NCBI GenBank assembly: GCA_030704615.1
Contig: CM060733.1
Coordinates: 49,972,001 to 50,036,000 of the forward strand
Origin: Takakia lepidozioides
Lineage: Eukaryota; Plantae; Bryophyta
Direction: 5' to 3'
DNA: 64,000 nt
In this document: piece by piece, positions 1-8,923 of the stretch
Layout: each line of letters opens with the position of its first letter
Position numbering within the stretch: the stretch's first letter is position 1
Program-made: the position numbers and the translations under genes
The notes under the pieces: generated by a model
The model's database searches: none
Seen by the model: only the letters and a program-made list of their open reading frames with translations
Told to the model about the DNA's origin: nothing

Positions 1-678
1 GTGTCTACTCGATTTTAATGGAAAACCAGTAATCGACTTCAAATTATTGCACATTTTTCGATACTATTCTGCTTCATTGTTGGAATGGCGTTGGAGTGTT
101 TGCAAGGGAAGCTAATTGGAGAGGGAAGGTAATTGCCATGCCACAAGATCGAGAACAGGATGGTGATGGTGGAAAAATATCAAAGTGCGGTTGTGGTGTA
201 GACGGTGGAGCTCCATTGGAGCTTGCAGATGAAAGTGAGTATGGCTCACAGTGACGTAGCCTTGTCATGCACCAGCTTGTTGAGCATCTTGGACATGCTG
301 GATTGTTCCTCATTGTGTAGTGTGTAATGGAGCCCACAGTGAGGAGCATGAATGTTGTTGAAAGCTAAACTAGAACTCCTCCAAAAAGGAACCTGTCAAA
401 GTATTGATTGTGTCCGATTTTCGGGCACGAACATCTACAGTGCTGCCATGAAGTTTTGAAAGGTCTCTACAATGGTGGGACAAGCGTAAAGGCAGATTGT
501 AGCTTTCTTAGTGTACAATGTGAAGAAGTTACCCGTTGTGCAAAAGTGGGCTCTTTCTGTCAGTGTCATGATTTGTTCTTTTCCGTGTTGTTTACCATGT
601 ACTTGGGAGGGTCAGGTCGGTTTTGCAGGCGGTGCTTCAATCTATTGCTCCTCAGCTGCACCGTGGTGGTCCTCAGAG

Positions 679-811
679 ACCAACCAGTTATCACCCAATT
701 ACAGACACAAGCAGCGCACACAAGAGGTCCTTTGTGTTGGTGGTTGGTTGAATCCTCCTTGGGTGAAAGAAAAGCCAGCTGCCTTCATGACACAAGGTCA
801 AGGACAATGTG
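679..811 (+). CDS. Further upstream exon encoding the C-half of a second, degenerate PDF motif (TNQLSPNYRHKQRTQEVLCVGGWLNPPWVKEK...MTQGQGQC)
   Basis: Donor G|GTGAGG at 812 is phase 1 and matches the phase-1 acceptor at 953. The paralogous exon at 13437 reads TNPTLPDF. A QWWDKRK N-half lies at 470-490 but has an in-frame stop just upstream. In-frame ATG at 787. Confidence 0.6.
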
Positions 812-953
812 GTGAGGGCACCTTCTTCTTCAACAGATTTTAGCCTGCTTTGTCCTCTTATCAGAGTCGTCCCTAATGTTTCATGTTGAATTCTGCAAAG
901 TTATCTCGTTGGGTGGATTTATGTTGACATGTTACTGCCAAGGTGGGCAACAG

Positions 954-1048
954 GCAAATATCCAAAAACAGAAAACAGAGACGAGGAGAAGCTTTGGAAC
1001 GAATATTTCTTGGACCCCAGTCAATGGTCAGACAATCAAGGCAAAAAG
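954..1048 (+). CDS. Upstream exon of the PPR-DYW gene encoding the N-half of an OSB-type PDF motif (GKYPKTENRDEEKLWNEYFLDPSQWSDNQGKK)
   Basis: Acceptor caacAG at 953 and donor AAG|GTGAAT at 1049. A phase-0 splice to 1331 gives ...WSDNQGKK-IHPRGTDFRHNSTYDSLW...PAWVDGQL in frame with the PPR ORF. The same exon and splice sites recur at 13.6-13.9 kb. Confidence 0.8.
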
Positions 1049-1119
1049 GTGAATGCCTGTTAAACTACAGAGAAGTAGACAACAAGATGCATCACAAAGC
1101 TTTCTTGGAAATTGCCATC

Positions 1120-1140
1120 CTCTCTCTCTCTCTCTCTCTC
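1120..1140. repeat. (CT)n microsatellite in an intron of the PPR gene
   Basis: ctctctctctctctctctctc. Confidence 0.9.
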
Positions 1141-1330
1141 ACCAGCACATTTTCAAAGTCTTGGGACCAATTCAGAGTAGAAGCTAGTGTGTGATCAGTA
1201 GGGTTTGGGTGTTTGCTAGAAAAAAATTCAGCTGTCATTGTCAGCTTCTAGCAGCAAGGGCAAGGTCTATGCATTAATGGTTCCGAGGAAGGGATAGCTG
1301 AAGGAGAGCAGGGATGGAGTGTGGGTCCAG

Positions 1331-4300
1331 ATTCATCCGAGAGGGACGGATTTCAGGCACAATAGCACCTATGATTCCCTGTGGCCTGATAGCTACAGGA
1401 AACCTGCATGGGTAGATGGTCAACTGGAAACAGTGGCAGCGGCATATCGGATAAAATCAGGCGCCTCCACCATGACCACAGCTTCTGAGAGAGGACCAAG
1501 AGAGGGAGTCCACAATACCGCTTCTGGCACTTCTGGGCACGTGAGGATGCCATGTGAGGCAGGGCAACTGAAAGAGGCTCTACAGATTTTGAAACAAGGA
1601 AGGGTTTCAGCAGATTCAGATACTTATGTCTGTCTCTTGCATAAGTGCATCAAGATGAAAGGCCTAGAAGCCGGAAAACAGGTGCATGCTCACATCACCC
1701 AAAGTGGATTCAAGCCCAACGTTTTTCTATACAACACCCTTGTTAACATGTATGTGAAGTGTGGGAGCATTGTGGATGCTCACCGAGTGTTCAACAAAAT
1801 GCCTGAACGAGGTTTGATCACGTGGAATATAATGATGGCAGGATTTAGCAAGCATGGGTGTGGTAAGAATGCCTTGGAGACCTATGAGCTAATGATGCAG
1901 GAAGGGGTGAAGCCCAACCAGATCACATTTGTTTGTGTTTGCAATGCTTGTGCGAGCCTGGAAACCCTGGAGAAGGGCAAAAAGATCCATGGTGACATCT
2001 TCAAAGCTGGAATAGTACCAAATGCCATTCTGAGCACTGCCCTGATAAAAATGTATGCCAAATGTGGGAGCATCGAGGATGCAAAGGGAGTGTTCAACGA
2101 TATGGCTGAACGAGATGTGGTCTCGTGGAACACGATGATCGCTGGATATGCTCAGCATGGGTGCGGGATGAAGGCTTTGGAGACCTATGAGCAAATGATT
2201 CAGGAAGGGGTGAACCCAGACCGGGTCACATTTGTTTCCATTTGCAATGTGTGTGCGAGCCTGGCAGCCCTGGAAAAGGGCAAACAGGTCCATGGTGATA
2301 TCGTCAAAGCTGGAATTGTACCAGACGTCATTCTGAACAATGCCCTCATCGACATGTATGCCAAAGGCGGAAGCATTGAAGATGCAAAGGGAGTGTTCGT
2401 CAGTATGGCTGAACGAAATGTGGTATCATGGAGTGCTATGATTGCAGGATATGCACAGCATGCGTGTGGGATGGAGGCCTTAGAGACCTATGAGCAAATG
2501 ATGCAGGAAGGGGTCAAGCCCAACCATATCACGTTTGTTTGTGTTTGCAATGCGTGTGCAAGCCTGGCAGCCATGGAAAAGGGCAAAAAGGTCCATGGTG
2601 ACATCATCAAAGCTGGAATTGTACCAGATGTCATTCTGAACACTGCCCTTGTGGACATGTATGCCAAAGGTGGCAGCATCAAAGATGCAAAGCAATTGTT
2701 CAACAATATGGGTGAACGAAATGTGGTGTCGTGGAATGTGATGATCACAGGATATGCCCAGCATGGGTGCGGGATGAAGGCTTTGGAGACCTATGAACAA
2801 ATGATGCAGGAAGGGGTGAAGCCAGACCGAGTCACGTTCATTTCTGTTTGCAATGCATGTGCAAGCCTGGCAGTGCTGGAAAAGGGCAAAGAGGTCCATG
2901 GTGATATTGTCAAAGCCGGAATTGTACCAGATATCATTCTGAACAATACCCTCGTCAACATGTATGCCAAATGTGGGAGCATCAAAGTTGCAAAGGGAGT
3001 GTTCGACAGTATGGCTGAACGAAATGTGGTGTCCTGGAGTGCTATGATTGCAGGATATGCGCAGCATGGGTGTGGGATCGAAGCTTTGGAGACCTATGAG
3101 CAAATGCTGCAGGAAGGGGTCAAGCCGAACCACATCACCTTTGTTTGTGTTTGCAATGCGTGTGCAAGCCTGGCAGCCATGGAAAAGGGCAAAAAGGTCC
3201 ATGGTGACATCGTCACAGCTGGAATTGTGCCAGATGTCATTCTGAACACAGCCCTTGTGGACATGTATGCCAAAGGTGGGAGCATTGAGGATGCAAGGCG
3301 ATTGTTTGACGATATGGGTGAACGAAATGTGGTATCGTGGAACGCGATGATCGCAGGATATGCCCAGCATGAGTGTGGGATGGAGGCTTTGGAGACCTAT
3401 GAGCAAATGATGCAGGAAGGGGTGAAGCCGGACCGGGTCACGTTTGTTTGCATTTGCAATGCGTGTGCGAGCCTTGCAGCCTTGGAAAAGGGCAAAGAGA
3501 TCCACGATGACATCATTAAAGCTGAAATTGTTCCAGATGTCATTCTGAACAATACCCTCGTTGACATGTATGCCAAAGGCGGCAGCATCGAGGATGCAAA
3601 GAGAGTATTCGACAATATGGTTGAACGAGATGTGGTGTCGTGGAACACGATGATGGCAGGATATGCCCAGCATGGTTGTGATATGGAGGCCCTTCAACTA
3701 TTGGAAGAAATGCGAGTGGATGGCGTGAAGCTGGACAGTATCACTTTTATATGTGCTCTCTCTGCATGTAGCCATACTGGCCTAGTGGATGAAGGCAGAT
3801 ACTACTTCGACTCCTTGAGTCAAGATCATGGCATCACTCCAGCACTGGAGCACTTTGGCTGTATGGTGGACCTTCTTGGCCGTGCAGGGCGATTGGATGA
3901 GGCAGAGGACTTCATTAACAAAATGCCAGTGAAACCAAATGCTGGGGTGTGGAGGGCCTTGCTTGGTGCCTGCAGAATTCATTGCAACGTGGAGATGGCT
4001 GAACGTGCGGCAACATCTATTCTCAAGTGGGATAAACAGGACTCCGCAACTTATGTGTTGCTATCAAATATTTATGCCACAGGTGGCAGGTGGCACGATG
4101 CTGCAAAGGTGAGAACACAGATGAATGTCAGAGGGGTTACAAAGGAGCCAGGTCGCTGCTGCATTGAGGTCGGCAGCAGGGTGCACACCTTTGTTGTAGA
4201 TGACAAATTGCATCCGAAAATTGACGAAATCCATGCTGAGCTGAGAAGATTGTCTGGGCAGATGAAGGAAGCAGGGTATGTGCCTGACACGTGCTTTCTA

Positions 4301-4555
4301 TTGCATGACGTGGGGGAGGAGCAAAAGGATTTTTCACTTTGCCACCACAGTGAGAAGCTGGCCATTGGTTTTGGGCTGATCAGCACAGCCCCTGGGACGC
4401 CTATTTGTGTCACCAAGAATCTTCGGGTGTGTGGTGACTGCCACACTGCAACCAAGTTCATCTCAAAGATAGTTGGCCGAGCAATTGTTGTACGGGATAC
4501 CAACCGCTTTCACCACTTTGAAGATGGGGCTTGTTCTTGTGGGGATTACTGGTGA
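1331..4555 (+). CDS. PLS-class pentatricopeptide repeat protein with E1/E2 and DYW cytidine deaminase domain (organellar C-to-U RNA editing factor); main 3' exon
   Basis: Uninterrupted ORF with 23 L/S/P-type PPR motifs ending P2-L2-S2, then E1/E2, a PG box (EPGRCCIEV), HSEKLA...CGDCH zinc/catalytic motifs and a terminal CSCGDYW-stop. The exon starts after the acceptor ccAG at 1330. First in-frame ATG inside this exon is 1472 (ccaccATG). Confidence 0.96.
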   Translation: MHPRGTDFRHNSTYDSLWPDSYRKPAWVDGQLETVAAAYRIKSGASTMTTASERGPREGVHNTASGTSGHVRMPCEAGQLKEALQILKQGRVSADSDTYVCLLHKCIKMKGLEAGKQVHAHITQSGFKPNVFLYNTLVNMYVKCGSIVDAHRVFNKMPERGLITWNIMMAGFSKHGCGKNALETYELMMQEGVKPNQITFVCVCNACASLETLEKGKKIHGDIFKAGIVPNAILSTALIKMYAKCGSIEDAKGVFNDMAERDVVSWNTMIAGYAQHGCGMKALETYEQMIQEGVNPDRVTFVSICNVCASLAALEKGKQVHGDIVKAGIVPDVILNNALIDMYAKGGSIEDAKGVFVSMAERNVVSWSAMIAGYAQHACGMEALETYEQMMQEGVKPNHITFVCVCNACASLAAMEKGKKVHGDIIKAGIVPDVILNTALVDMYAKGGSIKDAKQLFNNMGERNVVSWNVMITGYAQHGCGMKALETYEQMMQEGVKPDRVTFISVCNACASLAVLEKGKEVHGDIVKAGIVPDIILNNTLVNMYAKCGSIKVAKGVFDSMAERNVVSWSAMIAGYAQHGCGIEALETYEQMLQEGVKPNHITFVCVCNACASLAAMEKGKKVHGDIVTAGIVPDVILNTALVDMYAKGGSIEDARRLFDDMGERNVVSWNAMIAGYAQHECGMEALETYEQMMQEGVKPDRVTFVCICNACASLAALEKGKEIHDDIIKAEIVPDVILNNTLVDMYAKGGSIEDAKRVFDNMVERDVVSWNTMMAGYAQHGCDMEALQLLEEMRVDGVKLDSITFICALSACSHTGLVDEGRYYFDSLSQDHGITPALEHFGCMVDLLGRAGRLDEAEDFINKMPVKPNAGVWRALLGACRIHCNVEMAERAATSILKWDKQDSATYVLLSNIYATGGRWHDAAKVRTQMNVRGVTKEPGRCCIEVGSRVHTFVVDDKLHPKIDEIHAELRRLSGQMKEAGYVPDTCFLLHDVGEEQKDFSLCHHSEKLAIGFGLISTAPGTPICVTKNLRVCGDCHTATKFISKIVGRAIVVRDTNRFHHFEDGACSCGDYW
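1730..3735 (+). repeat. Intragenic tandem array of 303-bp S-P-L triplets with a higher-order 606-bp period
   Basis: Near-identical nucleotide blocks every 303 nt (antisense shadow ORFs end at 1882, 2488, 2791, 3094 and 3397). The WN/WS and PD-RVTF/PN-HITF variants alternate. Confidence 0.9.
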
Positions 4556-5255
4556 AACGATATTTTTCTGGAAAGGTGCGAGTATCTTGCTTCACTCATT
4601 GATCTGTGTAGCTACTTGGTTCATCCACCATTTCCTAAGAATATGGGATATGATGTACTCTTCCCCTGGCATATCATCCTTTCCAGAGGTGACAAAGGGG
4701 TCTACCCAGTATAGCTGGAAAGTAAACATATATCTGCACTTAACTGGAGCAGGCAATGAATGAAGGCCTTTTTCCTTTTTTTAAGGAATAAAGAAAGGAG
4801 ACAGAGAACCTGGTAATCAAATTAAGGAGAACCATGGAAAAATTAACCCTGTGAAGGGGTAAAGGCAAACAATGGGGATACCACCCCATAACAAGTGTCC
4901 AGGGAGTAGGTTGTGTATAGGGTAATGCCCTAACTGGAGGGCATTCCCAGATTTAAGGGCCTGACGCCGAGGGGAAGCCGAAAATCCGGGAATGCCCCAC
5001 ACGAGGGGCGCTACCCTGCGTAAAGAAATAGGATGATTTCTTTTCTTTTCATCTTTCCTTCATTCTTTCTAGCTTCCTGTCAGAAAAGATCTTGGAGGTA
5101 AAGATAAAGAAATGTCGTAGGTGTGCACACCACTAGTACTCATGTGGCTGGCTGTTACGCCGTATGATGCGCAGAAATTAACAAAGAGAAATCAGCCCTA
5201 GTTCTTTACGAAGGGGTGGATACCCCATAGCTTGGGGTGCCCTAGGCTCAACCTT

Positions 5256-6235
5256 GTTTTTTAGTGATGTATATATATACATTTTTTAAAATAAAAAGGC
5301 ATTGGCCAATTGATTAATTTAATATTAACCCCATTGATGCCATGAGGCATGATACACATCCATGGGATGAGGGACGAGCTCGAGACATAAGCACGAGAGA
5401 CCTCCGAACCGTCCATGACAAGGACCAAAAAGGTCTGGGGATGAGAGGACGGGCGACCATAGTCGGCCATACCCCCATGCAATTCCATGATGCCTAAATG
5501 CAAAATGTTAAGTGCTGTGATGTACCTCTACGAAGTAAGGACGAAAATTTGTAAGTGCCTGCCTACTGAGGGCCCTGAAGAGCCTCTTGGAGAGCCCGGG
5601 AAGAGAGGCGACGTGATCAGTGGTCGAAGTTGAGCTTCACCAATCTCTTGCCCTTGATGTGTCTCCAATTGACGTTGCGGTCGAAGTCAGGCGATTCAGG
5701 GTAATGGCGAGTTGCAATTTCTCCATCCTTGAGGGATTGAGCTCCAAATGCAGGTTGTTGGCGAAGGGCTCGTGCAGACGATTCCATGCATTGCCCATGA
5801 GGTGGTGAAGGCGTTGTGGAGCTTCTGGACGTTTGCAGATGTCTGTAGAAAAATTGGCCCAGGACTTCCGAGCTTCAGTTTGGATATCAAAGAAGATCAA
5901 AGCGAGCATCAATGAGACAGTGGAGTTAGTATTTCCCAGGGTCAATGCGAATCTGGTTTCCCAGATGTGCTAGAGCTGATCGTGTCAAAATTGGACATTG
6001 GGATAAAGGCTGCTTGGAGATGGGATCGTAGTTCAGTAGCATGTTGATTGGAGTCAATGAGGCGTGGTCATGCCAGTGGTTGAGCATCCAGTGAATTTTG
6101 GGCCAGACTTTTGAAGATATCTTGCATTGCAAGAGGCAGTGCTCCAGGGATTCCGAAACCCCCAACGAGCAGCATGTGCAGAGGAGTGCCCCGGTGAACT
6201 GAAGCTAGCGTCCAACCTTTAGAATTATATTTGTG
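5256..6235 (-). mobile_element. Degenerate 3' fragment of a LINE (L1-like) retrotransposon
   Basis: Minus-strand translation contains the zf-RVT-like motif C.C..GVSESLEHCLLQCKISSKVW; stops and frameshifts; A/T-rich tail near 5256-5300. Confidence 0.6.
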
Positions 6236-6489
6236 ATTTGCCAAAGAAAGGCAACTAACTTTGCAGGTCTAGGTTTTGATCCATATGCCTTTCCAGATTA
6301 CATTCCAATGCTCGTTTTGAAATCCATAGGCTCTCCATTTGGCGTCCCATTTGGAGAAGGGGATGGAGCTTGTGTTGAGACACTTGTACCTTTTATTTTT
6401 TTTGTTGTGTATTGAAAAAAGGATGGTTTACTTTCAAGATCCCATGTCAATTCTTACATTCTCGTTATGGATTTTGATTTTTTATCTAT

Positions 6490-6577
6490 TGTGTGGTAGA
6501 TTAGTTTATGTGTGCATATGTGTTCTGTGGTTTGAACAGTGATGTAGTTGTGTAGCGATATATGTAGGTGCACAACA
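6490..6577 (+). repeat. Diverged LTR-end remnant related to the LTR at 23206-23810, in the opposite orientation
   Basis: Reverse complement reads tgttgtgcacctacatatatcgctacacaactacatcactgttcaaaccacagaacacatatg, matching 23206 onward and 23637 onward. Confidence 0.7.
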
Positions 6578-6619
6578 ATATTAACCTCAATTGGAGGGAT
6601 TTTTTAATTTTGTTTTTAA

Positions 6620-7520
6620 TTTTTTGATAGAACGGGGACGGAGACCCTTTTAATCAAATTATTTAAATAAAGTATCACAAAAGTGGAAAAAAATAACCAC
6701 CAAGGAAGGCCATGGAGACTTACTAAGGGGGTACTCCCCCGAGACCCTAGCCAGCTTGCTACACAGAGGGGTAGAGAAAGACGAAGAGCAGAGATCTTGA
6801 ATTGCGATGAAGGAATGAAGTGAGTGCAGTGATAAGAGGAAGGACCTGCTAGACTAGAAGATTATTTAGTGATTGCTGAGTGGCTGGGGATATACTGTCC
6901 ATGAGTGTTCTCAGTAGCAGCAGGGAGAGAAGGCGAGCTGGGGGAGCAGAACACAAGTGTGTTGCATTCAGAACTTGAGCTAAGCTCAGAACTTGGGGTC
7001 CCTAGCCCGCCTGTGCCGCCAATTGTAATCAGCATCATCCCCTTCTATGGGAGGGGATTAATTGGTGCCAAGCAAAACATGTGTTGGAAATATTGGAGCC
7101 GAGTAGGCTGCCTTTGCCCCAGGTGTCATGGAAATCTTGAAGCAATTTCCTCCCTCATTGCTCTGAAGTTCTGGGAAGAGTTGCACAGACATTGAACCAC
7201 ACTTTCCTCCCCTCAGTTAACAGATCGTGGTAAGTACTCAACAAACTGATCTGCCTCTGGGGGGTTTCCCCTCAAAAACCCATGCACCCTTGACTTTCCA
7301 CAGATTCCAAAGTGTGAGAGCCCTAAGAGCCGCCCAAACAGGACATGTATTCTATGGTTGAGCAGGGTGGTAGTTGAGAAGAAGCAAAGAAGGCAAGGGA
7401 GGTGAAAGAAAGGTGTCCCTGTGGGAGTAGAAGGCTAGAACCATCTACCAGTTTCGACTTGAGAGGTTGCACAATAAGAGGCAGTGCTCCATGGATTCCA
7501 TGTCAACATTGCACAGGGGA
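6620..7520 (-). mobile_element. Second degenerate LINE 3' fragment
   Basis: Minus strand at about 7450-7500 encodes ESMEHCLLLCNLSSRNW (zf-RVT-like). A-rich 3' end ...ctatcaaaaaa near 6620. Confidence 0.5.
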
Positions 7521-7729
7521 TATTAAAACAAACTTAAAATTGCAATAGCATGATCAATCTGCTAGCTCATCTAAGTTGTTTTTTTTTTTTTTTTCTCTTT
7601 AATGTAAGTTAGTTTTGACCCGCCACGTGTCCCCAGAGTTCCCCTTTGTACTAGGGGATGGCTATTTTTTCCTTGTTTTTCTAATTTGATGATCATGGCA
7701 ACTTGACAATCCCTTCTCTTGCAACTTAA

Positions 7730-8544
7730 CCCTTAAGTTCCCAAGCCCTTTTTTGACTTTTTACCAATTTTGGGTACCCAGCTGCAGTAAATTGCCCCTA
7801 GAAACCTACCGAAAATCATCCACATTCCAGCCTTATAGCAATGGGCCCAGCTCATTTATGCATGACATACCAAAAAATGAACTAAGTCCATTGTGGAAAT
7901 TGTGAGATTATAGCGTTGGCCTGGACCTCAAATATCAGGTCCCAAAGAAAAAGTGAGAAAGAAATAGGTTTGACCAAATCAAAACCTAGCTTTATCCAAT
8001 TTTGCTTGCCCCAAGACCCACCATTTCCAAATCAATAGTGGAGTGGCTATGACCCCACTACATTGCAGGTCCAAATGATTTTTCACCTATGGTTATGCAT
8101 GCAATTACATGGGGGGTTGAAATCTCAAAATTGACAAGAGAAAATGTGCATCCAAACGAAGTACTTTTTTCCTACAAATTTCTTAAAAGCCAACTGTGGA
8201 TGTGTGTATGTAATGCTCACATACCACAAGGTGAAGTGTTTTTTCCAAAATTGCTAATTTTCTGCCAAAAATGGCCTTTGGAGTGCAATCTATTTTGGGC
8301 TTGTTTACCTGCCACGTCAGCGGTCAACAGCCCTTTTCAGGCCCCAAAACGTAAATGAGAGATCTAAGATATTTTGTAGGTCATAGCTTTTGTTTTTTCT
8401 GAACTTTGTTTTCTACATCATACTCGAGACAAATCCCTTGTCATTAAAGCTTCAGGAGTGGGCCCCATCAGATTAGATCTGCAAAAATTACGTCCAACTG
8501 CAAATTCAAAGTGACCCGATTCAGGTCGCTTGGGAACTTAAGGG
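7730..8544. mobile_element. Non-autonomous piggyBac-like DNA transposon (MITE), complete copy, 815 bp
   Basis: Perfect 17-bp TIRs CCCTTAAGTTCCCAAGC / GCTTGGGAACTTAAGGG, flanked by TTAA at 7726-7729 and 8545-8548. A second copy starts at 22523. Confidence 0.85.
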
Positions 8545-8693
8545 TTAAAAGAAAAGATTAAAAAAGTTTAAAAAGAAGATGAAGATGGGAAAAAAAAAAA
8601 AAAAAAAAAAAGATGAAGAAGTGATACATTATGGAAATGAAGGTGACTAAGTGGTACGTTCATATATCATCCATTCAAGTGCTTGTACCTCAC

Positions 8694-8702
8694 AAACCCT
8701 AA
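8694..8702 (+). promoter_or_regulatory. Telo-box (AAACCCTAA) upstream of SKIP
   Basis: Exact motif about 220 nt upstream of the ATG, downstream of a poly(A) tract. Common in promoters and 5'UTRs of plant RNA-processing and translation genes. Confidence 0.35.
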
Positions 8703-8923
8703 GTAGGTGTTGTGAGAGAGAGCTGGAGGAGAGGACACAGGGAGGTTGGGGTCTGAATTGTGGGGCGTTTGTGTGATGAAATTGTGAGAGGCACGCTTTC
8801 AGGGTTGCTGTTCCTTGCTATCGCTTTGTCGGTGATCCTCGTTAGTTTGCAACACGGGCTTGTGATTGAGAGAGGCAGTTGAGAGGAGGGTTTGGTGGTG
8901 AGGGTGGTGGAGCGTTTGTAAGC

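Noticed and set aside
1319-1330. GTG start of the 1078-aa ORF
   Set aside because: Lies in the intron acceptor region (gtgtgggtccAG). A eukaryotic gene would use splicing or ATG 1472.
2480-3697. 405-aa antisense ORF and shorter antisense ORFs inside the PPR gene
   Set aside because: Shadow of the 303-bp repeat: a stop-free antisense frame is propagated by duplication. No recognisable domain.
4770-5020. Possible LINE 3' tail stub, with a similar stub at about 36165-36260
   Set aside because: Only a T-rich end and general resemblance, with no coding remnant or TSD to support a call.
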